A DNA stretch of 64,000 nt from Lachnospiraceae bacterium (GTDB taxonomy: Bacteria > Bacillota > Clostridia > Lachnospirales > Lachnospiraceae), in the NCBI GenBank assembly GCA_024681795.1, contig JAILAD010000005.1, forward strand, positions 23,926 through 87,925. Direction: 5' to 3'. Made by a program: the position numbers and the translations under genes. Below the pieces are notes generated by a model. That model was not told the origin of the DNA. It saw only the letters and a list, made by a program, of their open reading frames with translations, and ran no database searches. Positions 8,197 to 18,365 of the stretch are shown one piece after another (position 1 is the first letter of the stretch; each line of letters opens with the position of its first letter).

Positions 8197-9583
8197 CATG
8201 ACAAAAGGGTCCATTATAAAGAATGTGCTGTTATTTGCACTGCCGATTGTACTCGGTAACATTCTGCAGTATTTATATACCACCGTGGATACGCTTGTAA
8301 TCGGAAATTACTGCGACCATACGGCACTCGCCGGTGTGGGAACGAGTTCACAGCCGGTTGAGGTTCTGCTCTGCATTTTTCTCGGAATCGGTACCGGTGT
8401 CAGCATTCTGATTTCCCAGCATGCCGGTGCGGATGATAAACAGGGGATTGAAGATGCCTGCAAAACGGCGGTTTCCTTTGTTTTTTACTGCGGCATTCCG
8501 ATTAGCGTTATCGGGTGGTTTTTATCCCCCGTTCTTTTACGGATTATGGGCGTTCCGGAAGATGTCTGGCAGCATGCCCTGGTTTATACGAGAATCGTGT
8601 TATGTTCCGCAATGGGAAACATCGGTTATAACATGAATGCCGGGATTCTTCGCGGACTCGGAGACAGCAATGCCTCGCTGTATTTTCTGATTGTATCCTG
8701 CATTGCCAATATCGGTCTTGATCTCCTTTTTGTGGCCGTCTTCCGGATGGGAGTCGCGGGGGTAGCGCTTGCAACCGGTATTGCAATGTACTTATCCTGG
8801 TTATTCAGCATTCTTTATATTCGAATCAGATACCCGGAAATCGGACTTCCCCTGCTTCCCGGAAAGATTGTCGGTAAAGAATTAAAGAGCATTTTATCCG
8901 TCGGACTTCCGATCGGATTAAACAACTCCTTATTTTCCTTCGGTCACATGGCAATGCAGACAATGGTGAATCATCAGGGTTCGGTTTTTATGGCAGGCTG
9001 GTCGGTTTCGGGAAGGGTAAACGGCATTGCGAATATGGCAATTACCGGTCTTTCGGCTGCAGCCACGACTTTTTCCGGACAGAATTACGGAGCAAAAAAC
9101 TTAGACCGGTTAAGACAGGGACAGATCCTGATTCCGGCTCTTTCCGGCGGAATTACCCTGACACTCGGAATTCTGTTTATTCTTGTACGTATGCCGATTT
9201 TAAGCCTTTTTACAAAAGACGCGGCGGTCTTAACGGTAGCGGGAAGACAGGTTACAGTCATGATGCTCTGTCAGTGGATGTATGCGGTTTATAACGGAAT
9301 TGCATGCATCGTAAACGGAACGGGAAGGGTAAAATACACAACCGCAGTCAATATTTTAATGCTCTGGGCAGTCCGGATTCCCGCGGCATTTCTGATTTCA
9401 AAGCTGTATGACGGAGGCTATATTATGATTGCATTTCCCGCATCTTTCGGATTCGGAATGTTTGCGATGATCGGATATTATATCTTCTCCAAATCCTGGA
9501 AGAGACTCATGAAAACCGGCGATTCCTCCATTACCCTGAGTGCGGTAAAGAAACCGGAGAGGATAAAAATACCGGCGCGTTAA
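8183..9583 (+). CDS. MATE-family transporter
   Basis: MTKGSIIKNVLLFALP...RGLGDS...DLLFVAVF..GVAGVALAT; about 12 TM segments; start overlaps the upstream gene. Confidence 0.92.
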   Translation: MKKIDMTKGSIIKNVLLFALPIVLGNILQYLYTTVDTLVIGNYCDHTALAGVGTSSQPVEVLLCIFLGIGTGVSILISQHAGADDKQGIEDACKTAVSFVFYCGIPISVIGWFLSPVLLRIMGVPEDVWQHALVYTRIVLCSAMGNIGYNMNAGILRGLGDSNASLYFLIVSCIANIGLDLLFVAVFRMGVAGVALATGIAMYLSWLFSILYIRIRYPEIGLPLLPGKIVGKELKSILSVGLPIGLNNSLFSFGHMAMQTMVNHQGSVFMAGWSVSGRVNGIANMAITGLSAAATTFSGQNYGAKNLDRLRQGQILIPALSGGITLTLGILFILVRMPILSLFTKDAAVLTVAGRQVTVMMLCQWMYAVYNGIACIVNGTGRVKYTTAVNILMLWAVRIPAAFLISKLYDGGYIMIAFPASFGFGMFAMIGYYIFSKSWKRLMKTGDSSITLSAVKKPERIKIPAR

Positions 9584-9718
9584 TTCTTCACTGTATCCTG
9601 TTATTTTACGGTGCGCATTCTCAACACAGGTCAGACCTTTTTCCTCACGGATTGGTTTGTTCCTGTGATTTTTTTTGTCCGGTTATGGTATAATGATTTC
9701 GTGAAAAAGGAGACGTGA

Positions 9719-10432
9719 ATGAGAAAAATATTAATTACGAATGATGACGGAATTGATGCAAAAGGATTAATACGACTTGCCGAAACGGCAAAGAAATTCG
9801 GGGAAGTCTGGGTGGTGGCACCCGACGGACAAAGAAGCGGTCAGTCGCACTCGGTGAATCTTCACAGACCGATAGAAGTGATCAGAGTGGATTTTCCGGT
9901 GGAAGGCGTAAAGGCATATGCATGTAACGGAGCACCTGCAGACTGTGTCAGAATCGGAGTTTTGAATATCGTACCGGGAAAGCCGGACGTTGTTTTTTCC
10001 GGTATCAATTACGGATACAATCTGGCATCCGACATCCAGTATTCCGCTACGGCAGGAGCTGCATTTGAGGCTTCGTTCCAGAAAATCCAGAGTTTTGCAT
10101 TTTCCGAAAGCGCATGTGAAAATCATGATGTAACGGATCGTTATCTGGAAGAAATTATCAGGGTTCTGCTTACAAAACCGCACGGACCGAATCAGATTTG
10201 GAACGTCAATTTTCCGGAATGCGATTTGAAGGACTGCGGCGGAATTCTCTGGGACCGGAAGGTCTATATGGGTGTGTTTTATGATGACCGGTATAACGAG
10301 ACGGTAATTGATGAAGGAAAATCTTCGTATATGGTGGAAGGAATCCGCAACTGGGAAGCGGATGACGGAACGGACTTAAATGCGGTTTTACGGAATTTTG
10401 TTTCCGTCGGAATCGTGAACAATGTTTCGTAA
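9719..10432 (+). CDS. surE: 5'/3'-nucleotidase SurE
   Basis: ILITNDDGI, VVAP...SGQSHS, GAPADCV, SGINYG.N...YSAT.GAA. Confidence 0.96.
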   Translation: MRKILITNDDGIDAKGLIRLAETAKKFGEVWVVAPDGQRSGQSHSVNLHRPIEVIRVDFPVEGVKAYACNGAPADCVRIGVLNIVPGKPDVVFSGINYGYNLASDIQYSATAGAAFEASFQKIQSFAFSESACENHDVTDRYLEEIIRVLLTKPHGPNQIWNVNFPECDLKDCGGILWDRKVYMGVFYDDRYNETVIDEGKSSYMVEGIRNWEADDGTDLNAVLRNFVSVGIVNNVS

Positions 10433-10500
10433 CGTGAATAGTGTCTCGCAACGTGAATAATAATTCGCAACGTGAATAATAATTCGCAACGGGAAAAATA
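10427..10500 (+). repeat. 19-bp tandem repeat, about 4 copies
   Basis: tcgtaacgtgaatagtgtc / tcgcaacgtgaataataat x2 / tcgcaacgggaaaaata. Confidence 0.9.
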
Positions 10501-10519
10501 TCCCGTAAAAGGAGGATTT

Positions 10520-11680
10520 ATGAAGAGAGTATTTCTTGTGGTATTGGACAGCTTCGGAATCGGTGAGGAACCGGATGCGGATCTGTTCGGGGACGCGGGA
10601 ACAAATACGCTTCGAAGCGTATCAAAAAGTCCGTATTTTAAGTTTGAAAATATGCAGAAACTCGGCTTTTTCAATATCGACGGCGTGGAGGCCGGAGAAA
10701 AATGCGATGCGCCGAAAGGAGCATTTGCAAGAATGCGGGAAGCATCCATGGGAAAGGATACGACCATCGGTCACTGGGAAATCGGGGGAATCATTTCTCC
10801 CAAACCTTTTCCGACGTATCCGGACGGTTTTCCGAAGGAAATTCTTGATGAGTTTGAAAAAAGAACCGGAAGAGGAGTGCTTTGCAATAAGCCGTATTCC
10901 GGTACCGTAGTCATCAATGATTACGGTGACGAGCATGTATCCGCGGGCAAGTGGATTGTATATACTTCCGCGGACAGTGTATTCCAGATTGCGGCGCATG
11001 AAGAAATCGTTCCGCTTGAGGAACTCTATTCAGCATGCAGGACGGCAAGGGAAATTTTAACCGGAGAGCATGCCGTTGGGCGCGTTATTGCAAGGCCGTT
11101 CGTCGGAACATCGGGGAATTATAAAAGAACGACCAACCGTCATGATTTTTCTCTCGAACCGCCGAAGGATACCATTCTGGATGTGATTAAAAATCACGGA
11201 ATGGAGGTTTTGTCCGTTGGTAAAATCTATGATATTTTCGCACACCGCGGGATGACGGATTATGTGTTTACTTCCGGAAACACGGACGGAATGAACAAAC
11301 TCGAAGCATGGATGGACCGGGATTTTGAAGGCCTGTGTTTTGTAAATCTGGTTGATTTCGATATGCTTTACGGGCATAGGAATGACGTGGACGGATATGC
11401 AAGGGCACTGGCGGAATTTGATTCAAGACTTCCGGGATTTCTCGGGAAACTTAAGGATGATGACGTCTTTATGATTACCGCCGATCACGGATGCGATCCG
11501 GGCTTTACCAAAAGTACGGATCATTCGAGAGAGTATGTTCCTTTTGTCGTCGCCGGGAAAAACGTGATCCCGGGAAGTTACGGTACGAGAACATCATTCG
11601 CCGATATGGGTGCAACGGTACTGAATTATCTCGGAATTGAGAATACTCTGGACGGTCATGCAATTGACTGTTTCCGGTAA
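10520..11680 (+). CDS. deoB: Phosphopentomutase
   Basis: RVFLVVLDSFGIG, GKDTTIGHWE, YTSADSVFQIAAHE, NLVDFDMLYGHR, TADHGCDP; start after AAGGAGG. Confidence 0.97.
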   Translation: MKRVFLVVLDSFGIGEEPDADLFGDAGTNTLRSVSKSPYFKFENMQKLGFFNIDGVEAGEKCDAPKGAFARMREASMGKDTTIGHWEIGGIISPKPFPTYPDGFPKEILDEFEKRTGRGVLCNKPYSGTVVINDYGDEHVSAGKWIVYTSADSVFQIAAHEEIVPLEELYSACRTAREILTGEHAVGRVIARPFVGTSGNYKRTTNRHDFSLEPPKDTILDVIKNHGMEVLSVGKIYDIFAHRGMTDYVFTSGNTDGMNKLEAWMDRDFEGLCFVNLVDFDMLYGHRNDVDGYARALAEFDSRLPGFLGKLKDDDVFMITADHGCDPGFTKSTDHSREYVPFVVAGKNVIPGSYGTRTSFADMGATVLNYLGIENTLDGHAIDCFR

Positions 11681-11706
11681 AAGCGGGATAAATATAAAGT
11701 TCTTTC

Positions 11707-11744
11707 AAAACAGAGCGGATTATTCGCTCTGTTTTGCTTTTTTT
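11707..11744 (+). terminator. deoB terminator
   Basis: aaaacagagcg-gattatt-cgctctgtttt plus T-run. Confidence 0.8.
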
Positions 11745-11827
11745 GGGAATTATTGGTATAATACTAATTTGGATTATTATGAAATTTAAGAACAAGAAAC
11801 GAAACGGATTCAGGAAGCCTGGAATCC

Positions 11828-13441
11828 GTGGAAAGAGGCTTTCAATTGGGCAGTTTTGACAAAGAGATTAACAGAAGAAGAACATTTGCAATCATATCCC
11901 ACCCCGATGCAGGTAAGACTACTCTGACCGAGAAGTTTTTGCTGTACGGCGGGGCGATTAACCTGGCAGGTTCCGTAAAAGGAAAAGCAACTGCAAGACA
12001 TGCGGTTTCCGACTGGATGGAAATCGAAAAGGAAAGAGGTATTTCGGTTACGTCTTCCGTACTTCAGTTTGAATATGACGGATACTGCATTAATATTCTG
12101 GATACTCCGGGACATCAGGATTTCTCGGAGGATACCTACAGAACGTTAATGGCTGCGGACTCTGCGGTTATGGTGATTGACGCATCCAAAGGTGTGGAGG
12201 CGCAGACAAGAAAACTGTTCAAAGTCTGCGGCATGCGCGGAATTCCGATTTTTACGTTTATCAACAAGCTGGACCGGGATGCCAACGATACTTTTGATTT
12301 GCTGGATGAAATAGAAAAAGAACTCGGAATCGAAACGGTTCCGATGAACTGGCCGCTCGGAAGCGGTAAGGCGTTTCGCGGTGTGTATGAAAGAGAATCC
12401 AAAGAAGTGATTCTTTATTCCGATACCGAGAAAGGTACGAAGGAAGGGCATGCCGAGAGAATTTCCATCGAAGACGCGGAAAAACTGAAGGATGCAATCG
12501 GTGAGGAACATTTTGACACCTTAAGCGGAGAACTGGAGCTCCTTGACGGTGCGGGAGCGGAATTTGATCTGGAAAAAGTCAGGGCAGGAAAACTGACGCC
12601 GGTATTTTTCGGATCGGCACTCACCAATTTCGGCGTGGAAATTTTCTTACAGAACTTTTTAAAAATGGCAACTACGCCGTTGCCGAGAAAAGCGGATATC
12701 GGGACAGTGGAACCGACTGACGATGATTTTTCCGCATTTGTGTTTAAAATCCAGGCCAATATGAACAAAGCCCACAGAGACCGTGTGGCATTTATGAGAA
12801 TCTGTTCCGGCAAATTCGATGCAACGAAAGAAGTGCGTCATGTCCAGGGAGACAAGGTCATGCGATTATCCCAGCCGCAGCAGATTATGGCGGATGACAG
12901 AAAGATTCTGTGCGAGGCCTATGCGGGTGATATCATCGGTGTTTTCGATCCCGGGATTTTTTCCATCGGAGATACACTCTGTGCCCCGAAGAATAAATTT
13001 ATGTTTGAGGGAATTCCTACTTTTGCGCCGGAACATTTTGCGAGAGTACGTCAGATGGACACGATGAAGCGCAAGCAGTTTATGAAGGGAATCACGCAGA
13101 TTGCCCAGGAGGGTGCCATCCAGGTTTTCCAGGAATTCAATACCGGAATGGAAGAAATAATCGTGGGCGTAGTCGGTGTTCTGCAGTTTGAAGTTTTGAA
13201 ATACCGTCTGGAAAACGAGTATAATGTCGAAATCAAAATGGAAACACTCCCGTATGAGCATATCCGCTGGATTGAAAATAAAGACGAAGTGGATGTTTCG
13301 AAAATTGTCGGCACATCCGACATGAAGAAAGTCAAGGACATGAAAGGCAATCCGCTGCTTTTGTTTGTCAACCCCTGGAGCGTCGGCATGACCCTGGACA
13401 GAAACGAAGGACTGAAACTGTCGGAATTCGGAAGAGAGTAA
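11828..13441 (+). CDS. prfC: Peptide chain release factor 3
   Basis: RRTFAIISHPDAGKTT, DWMEIEKERGISVTSS, DTPGHQDFSEDTYR. Confidence 0.98.
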   Translation: MERGFQLGSFDKEINRRRTFAIISHPDAGKTTLTEKFLLYGGAINLAGSVKGKATARHAVSDWMEIEKERGISVTSSVLQFEYDGYCINILDTPGHQDFSEDTYRTLMAADSAVMVIDASKGVEAQTRKLFKVCGMRGIPIFTFINKLDRDANDTFDLLDEIEKELGIETVPMNWPLGSGKAFRGVYERESKEVILYSDTEKGTKEGHAERISIEDAEKLKDAIGEEHFDTLSGELELLDGAGAEFDLEKVRAGKLTPVFFGSALTNFGVEIFLQNFLKMATTPLPRKADIGTVEPTDDDFSAFVFKIQANMNKAHRDRVAFMRICSGKFDATKEVRHVQGDKVMRLSQPQQIMADDRKILCEAYAGDIIGVFDPGIFSIGDTLCAPKNKFMFEGIPTFAPEHFARVRQMDTMKRKQFMKGITQIAQEGAIQVFQEFNTGMEEIIVGVVGVLQFEVLKYRLENEYNVEIKMETLPYEHIRWIENKDEVDVSKIVGTSDMKKVKDMKGNPLLLFVNPWSVGMTLDRNEGLKLSEFGRE

Positions 13442-13459
13442 TATTCGGAAGAGAGCAAC

Positions 13460-14842
13460 GTGAAAAAAATTTTAATTGCCATAATGGCGGTATTTGTTAT
13501 AGCCATGATCGGAATCGTGGTTACGACAAATATTCTGGAAAGCAAAAACGGAATAGATGACGGTGTGTTTTCTTTTGAATCCATCAGGAATTCATTCAAA
13601 GTGGACAAAGAAACCATTAACGAACAGCGTAAGGCATTAAAGGGCGAAGATCCCGCAAGTGCTTTTCTTGCGGACATCGACACCACCTATGTGGAAGATG
13701 CCGAAAGCGGTGAAGGTACGGTATCGGAAGGGAAGGATACGGAGTTTTTTCATGCTTCGGTCCTGAACGAGAAGGATCTGCGCACACGGGAAAAATACGG
13801 CCTCACCAAAGAAAACATCGTGAAGGTCTGTGAGGAAAACCGCAGTAAATACTGTTATGAGACCATGGATGAGAGTCTTCATCAGCTTTATGCGGAAATC
13901 CTGATTGTAGTCAAGGAACGCGCCGAGGAAGTACCGCTTTGTACGAGGGAACCGGAGGAACTTGATTTTGCTTACCGGTGTGTATTAAACGATCATCCTG
14001 AAATTTACAGCATAAACGGTTATACCTGCGTACTGCATTCCGCCAATAAAGTTCCCGTAAAACTTGTATTTACGGCGAAATACATCATGTCGGAGCAGGA
14101 AGAAGCGGGCTTCCGGAGTAAGATTGACGAGTATGTGAAAGAATATAAAAGCGGTCTGAAAGAGGATGCTTCGGAATATCAGAAGGTAAGATACACATAC
14201 GAATATCTGATTGACAATACCGAATATGTGCTGGATTCCGAATACAACCAGAATATCTGTTCCGTAATGGCGTATCATAAATCCGTATGTCTCGGCTATG
14301 CGAAATCCATGCAGTATCTGCTAAACGAAGTCGGGGTAAAATCCACAATCGTCGAGGGAATTGCGGCAAGCGGAGAAGCGCACGCCTGGAACATGGTGCA
14401 GATCGGAGGGGCATTTTATTATACGGACGTAACTTGGGGAGATTCCTCCTACACGAACGGAAATTCCGTTGTAAAGGTGCTGTCCGGAATCAATTATGAT
14501 TTCTTAAATATCACGACGGAGGAACTGGAACATACACATACCATCGACAATGTGGTTCCGCTTCCGCAGTGTGTGGAAATTGCTGACAATTATTACGTAC
14601 GGGAAGGTCTCTATTTTGATTTTATCAATACGAATGCACTTTCCTGGGTATTTAAAAATGCCTACGAAAGAGACGATGATCATGTAACGGTAAAATGTGC
14701 AAACGACTCCGTTTTCCAGGAGATGAAATTTTATCTTCTTGAGGAACAGAACATTTTCGAGTATCTTCCGGAGGGTACGGATACTTTATCCTACGGGGAA
14801 AATCAAGAGATGCACACGCTTACGTTCATTTTGAAACACTGA
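13460..14842 (+). CDS. Secreted or membrane-anchored transglutaminase-like (Cys-His-Asp) domain protein
   Basis: N-terminal hydrophobic segment; SVCLGYA...HAWNMV...YYTDVTWGD triad. Confidence 0.85.
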   Translation: MKKILIAIMAVFVIAMIGIVVTTNILESKNGIDDGVFSFESIRNSFKVDKETINEQRKALKGEDPASAFLADIDTTYVEDAESGEGTVSEGKDTEFFHASVLNEKDLRTREKYGLTKENIVKVCEENRSKYCYETMDESLHQLYAEILIVVKERAEEVPLCTREPEELDFAYRCVLNDHPEIYSINGYTCVLHSANKVPVKLVFTAKYIMSEQEEAGFRSKIDEYVKEYKSGLKEDASEYQKVRYTYEYLIDNTEYVLDSEYNQNICSVMAYHKSVCLGYAKSMQYLLNEVGVKSTIVEGIAASGEAHAWNMVQIGGAFYYTDVTWGDSSYTNGNSVVKVLSGINYDFLNITTEELEHTHTIDNVVPLPQCVEIADNYYVREGLYFDFINTNALSWVFKNAYERDDDHVTVKCANDSVFQEMKFYLLEEQNIFEYLPEGTDTLSYGENQEMHTLTFILKH

Positions 14843-14984
14843 TTGAAACACGGACGGGAAAACACGGAAAAGGCAATTTGTTTCCTCACCGTGTTTTATG
14901 CAAAGAATGCATAAAAATCTATGCAAACAGCGCATAATTATGATATAATATAAAAGATTTTTAACGAAAGGGGAGGCAGAACTT

Positions 14985-15344
14985 ATGTCTAACAAAGTAA
15001 ATGAGAAAATCGGTTCCGTAAAAGTAGCGGATGATGTGGTACCCTGCATTGCAGCCCTTGCGGCAACGGAAGTTGACGGAGTTGTTTCCGTAGCAGAGAA
15101 CCTGACTGCAGAAATCATCAATCGTATGGGAATGCGGAAAGCCCCCAAAGGAGTAAAAGTAGAAATTAAAGGAAAGAAAGTTTACGTGGATATGGCACTC
15201 GGAATTGACTACGGATACAATGTTCCGGAAACCAGCCGCAAGGTTCAGGAAAAGGTAAAAGAGTCTATCGAAACCATGATGGGACTTGAGGTTGAGGACG
15301 TTAACATTCATATTGCCAGCGTAGTTCTTCCCGGAAACAAATAA
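14985..15344 (+). CDS. Asp23/Gls24 family protein
   Basis: [22 protein letters not shown]...[24 protein letters not shown]; precedes nusB. Confidence 0.93.
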   Translation: MSNKVNEKIGSVKVADDVVPCIAALAATEVDGVVSVAENLTAEIINRMGMRKAPKGVKVEIKGKKVYVDMALGIDYGYNVPETSRKVQEKVKESIETMMGLEVEDVNIHIASVVLPGNK

Positions 15345-15357
15345 AGCGGAAACAGAA

Positions 15358-15861
15358 ATGAGAAGAAGAATATGCAGGGAGCAGATTTTTATCCTGCTCT
15401 TTCAAACAGAATTTAATGACAGGGAAGAATACCCTTTTCTGATGGAACAGTTTCGTGAAAAAGAAGCGCTGACGGACGAGGAAAAGGATTATGTGGAGAA
15501 GAAATTCGATCTCATTATGAATAAACTCGGAGAAATCGACCGGGTGCTGAATGAAATCTCAACGGACTGGACCACCGGTCGAATGGGAAAGGTGGAACTG
15601 GCAATCTTAAGACTCGGATATTACGAAATGGCATTTGACGAAGATATTCCGGAATCCGTTGCGATTAATGAGGCAGTGGAACTTTCCAAGAAATACGGTA
15701 CGGACGAATCCTATTTGTTTATAAACGGAGTTTTGGGGAAATGTGCGGCAGATCAGGGCCGGCATAAGGAAGCTGCCCCGAGACCCGGTAAAGAGAAACC
15801 CTGGGCCGGGAAAAAACAGGGAACCGTAATCGTGAAGGGATCTTCGAAAAAGAAAGAATGA
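15358..15861 (+). CDS. nusB: Transcription antitermination factor NusB
   Basis: [11 protein letters not shown]...[14 protein letters not shown]...FINGVL. Confidence 0.95.
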   Translation: MRRRICREQIFILLFQTEFNDREEYPFLMEQFREKEALTDEEKDYVEKKFDLIMNKLGEIDRVLNEISTDWTTGRMGKVELAILRLGYYEMAFDEDIPESVAINEAVELSKKYGTDESYLFINGVLGKCAADQGRHKEAAPRPGKEKPWAGKKQGTVIVKGSSKKKE

Positions 15862-17123
15862 CCGAATATTCCGTTGAACAAGTAAATAAATATATTTTAA
15901 GTATGTTCCGAGATGACTATCTGCTGCATGACATTTGTGTGCGCGGTGAAATCAGTAATTGTAAGTATCATTCTTCGGGACATATTTATTTTACCTTAAA
16001 AGATGCCGCATCCCAGTTATCCTGCGTCATGTTTGCATCTTATGCAAAGGGTCTTAATTTCCGTCTGGAAAACGATATGGAGGTGAAACTCCGCGGAAGT
16101 GTCGAGTGTTATTTAAGAGACGGGAAATACCAGCTTTATGTGAAGCAGGCGGTAAAGGGTGACAAAGGGGATCTGGCGAGACGTTTTGAGGAACTGAAAA
16201 AGCGTCTTCGTGACGAGGGACTGTTTGATGAAAGTATTAAGCAGCCGATTCCGAAAAATGCCAAAAGAGTGGGAATTGTTACTGCACCGACCGGTGCTGC
16301 GGTTCATGATATCATAACGGTTTCCAAAAGAAGAAATCCGTATATCGAACTGATTCTTTACCCCGCACTGGTTCAGGGAGAAGGTGCAAAGGAAAGCATC
16401 GCAAAGGGAATTACGGCGCTTGAACAAATCGGTGTCGATGTAATTATTGTCGGACGTGGCGGCGGATCCATGGAAGATTTGTGGGCGTTTAACGAAGAAC
16501 TTGTCGCACAGGCCATCTATAACTGTCCGATTCCGGTAATATCCGCGGTCGGACACGAAACGGATTTTACGATAGCGGATTTTGTGGCGGACCTTCGTGC
16601 CGCAACACCTTCCGCAGCGGCGGAACTTGCGGTCGGAGAAATCGGACCGGTTATTTCCGGTATTGCGGAATACCGGAACAGACTTGATTTTCAGATGAAC
16701 CGTGTGATTCGGGAAAGAAGACTGAAACTTGAAAAGTATTCCCGCATGGACGAGCGGATGATGCATATTCTGAAAGTCAGACGTCTTCAGACCGAACAGT
16801 ATCTGCACCGGGTGAAGGCGGCTTCTCCGAAAAACACGATTAACACAAAGAAAATGGAGAGCGTAAGACTTGAAGAGAAACTGTCGGCATCCATGGATGA
16901 AATCATCCGGAGCCGGAAGAACATGCTTGCTCTCTATATTGAGAGATTAAAAAGAGTATCCGTACTGGACAGGCTTCAGGGCGGACTCGGATATGTATCG
17001 GATCCGGACGGAAAACGTCTTACATCTGTAGGACAATTTGAAAAAGAAAAAGAATTCAGTCTGCGTTTAAAAGACGGAACGGTACTTGCAAAAACCGTGG
17101 ATGTCAGACCGGACTCAGTGTAA
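15858..17123 (+). CDS. xseA: Exodeoxyribonuclease VII large subunit
   Basis: GEISNCK...[45 protein letters not shown]. Confidence 0.97.
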   Translation: MTEYSVEQVNKYILSMFRDDYLLHDICVRGEISNCKYHSSGHIYFTLKDAASQLSCVMFASYAKGLNFRLENDMEVKLRGSVECYLRDGKYQLYVKQAVKGDKGDLARRFEELKKRLRDEGLFDESIKQPIPKNAKRVGIVTAPTGAAVHDIITVSKRRNPYIELILYPALVQGEGAKESIAKGITALEQIGVDVIIVGRGGGSMEDLWAFNEELVAQAIYNCPIPVISAVGHETDFTIADFVADLRAATPSAAAELAVGEIGPVISGIAEYRNRLDFQMNRVIRERRLKLEKYSRMDERMMHILKVRRLQTEQYLHRVKAASPKNTINTKKMESVRLEEKLSASMDEIIRSRKNMLALYIERLKRVSVLDRLQGGLGYVSDPDGKRLTSVGQFEKEKEFSLRLKDGTVLAKTVDVRPDSV

Positions 17124-17151
17124 AATACGGGAGATTACGGGAGGTATAATA

Positions 17152-17397
17152 ATGAGCAATACGGAAAATACAGAGAATGCAAATAATACAGAGAACGGTA
17201 CCCTGGAAGAGGATTTCAGGAAACTTGAAACCATTTTAAAAGAAATGGAAAAAGAGGATATCGGAATCGAGGATGCTTTCGCAAAATATGCGGAAGGAAT
17301 GCAGTTAATTAAATCCTGTAACGAAAGAATCGACCGTGTGGAGAAGAAAGTGTTAAAACTTTCCGATGATTTGAAACTGGAGGATTTTGACGAATGA
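17152..17397 (+). CDS. xseB: Exodeoxyribonuclease VII small subunit
   Basis: LEEDFRKLETILKEME...Y.EGMQLIKSC; start after GGAGGT. Confidence 0.93.
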   Translation: MSNTENTENANNTENGTLEEDFRKLETILKEMEKEDIGIEDAFAKYAEGMQLIKSCNERIDRVEKKVLKLSDDLKLEDFDE

Positions 17398-18299
17398 ATG
17401 CAGAAAAAATGAATGAACTTGCGGGCTTTGCCGAAAGAATGATTCTGCCGTATTTTCCGAAAGAAGAAGGTATGCAGAAGAGAATTTTCGAAGCCATGAA
17501 TTACAGTTTTGAAGCAGGCGGAAAAAGAATCCGTCCGATTCTCATGATGGAGAGCTTTAAAATGCTCGGAGGGGACGAAAACGACATCGATCATTTTGCA
17601 CCCTTTATGGCCGCCCTTGAAATGATTCATACCTATTCCCTGATTCATGACGATCTTCCGGCTGTGGACAATGATGATTTCAGACGCGGAAAACCGACCA
17701 ATCACAAGGTATTCGGAGAGACGACGGCGATTTTTGCCGGAGACGCAATGTGTAATTATGCCTATGAAGTCATGATAGAAGACATTTTAAAAGAGCCGGA
17801 TTCCATCTGGAAAAATAAAAAAATCGAAGCCATGAATGTTCTTGCAAGAAAAGCCGGTGCAAACGGAATGCTTGCCGGACAGATGGTCGACTATCTCTGC
17901 GAGCAGAAGACGGACACATCTCTGGAAGAGCTGATGTTTATCCACGAAAAGAAGACGGCTGCCCTGATCCAGGCACCTCTTGTCATGGGAGCGATTTTTG
18001 CCGGTGCAAATCGTGAAAAAATTGCCAGAATGGAGCAGGTCGGTTATTTAATCGGCATTTCCTTCCAGATTCAGGATGATATTCTGGACTGCATCGGAAG
18101 TGAAGAAAAAATGGGCAAGAAGACCGGGTCGGATGCAAAGAACGAGAAGACCACCTATGTGACCATCAAGGGATTAAAGCAGGCACAGGAGGATCAGGTA
18201 AGAATGTCGAAAGAGGCAGAAGGACTGCTTGTTTCGATGGCCGACAGCGAGTCGAATTTAAGGGATATTGTGGAGTATCTGATTCACAGGGAATATTAA
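17394..18299 (+). CDS. ispA: Polyprenyl (farnesyl) diphosphate synthase
   Basis: GGKRIRP, HTYSLIHDDLPAVDNDDFRRGKPT, FQIQDDILD. Confidence 0.95.
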   Translation: MNAEKMNELAGFAERMILPYFPKEEGMQKRIFEAMNYSFEAGGKRIRPILMMESFKMLGGDENDIDHFAPFMAALEMIHTYSLIHDDLPAVDNDDFRRGKPTNHKVFGETTAIFAGDAMCNYAYEVMIEDILKEPDSIWKNKKIEAMNVLARKAGANGMLAGQMVDYLCEQKTDTSLEELMFIHEKKTAALIQAPLVMGAIFAGANREKIARMEQVGYLIGISFQIQDDILDCIGSEEKMGKKTGSDAKNEKTTYVTIKGLKQAQEDQVRMSKEAEGLLVSMADSESNLRDIVEYLIHREY

Positions 18300-18365
18300 A
18301 TCGAGGTCCGGTCCGGCTAAACGGGAAAACGGGACAACAAAGAAAATACGGGAGAGTGGACTTCC

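Noticed and set aside
10427-10500. Possible mini-CRISPR
   Set aside because: Units are contiguous with no unique spacers; no cas genes
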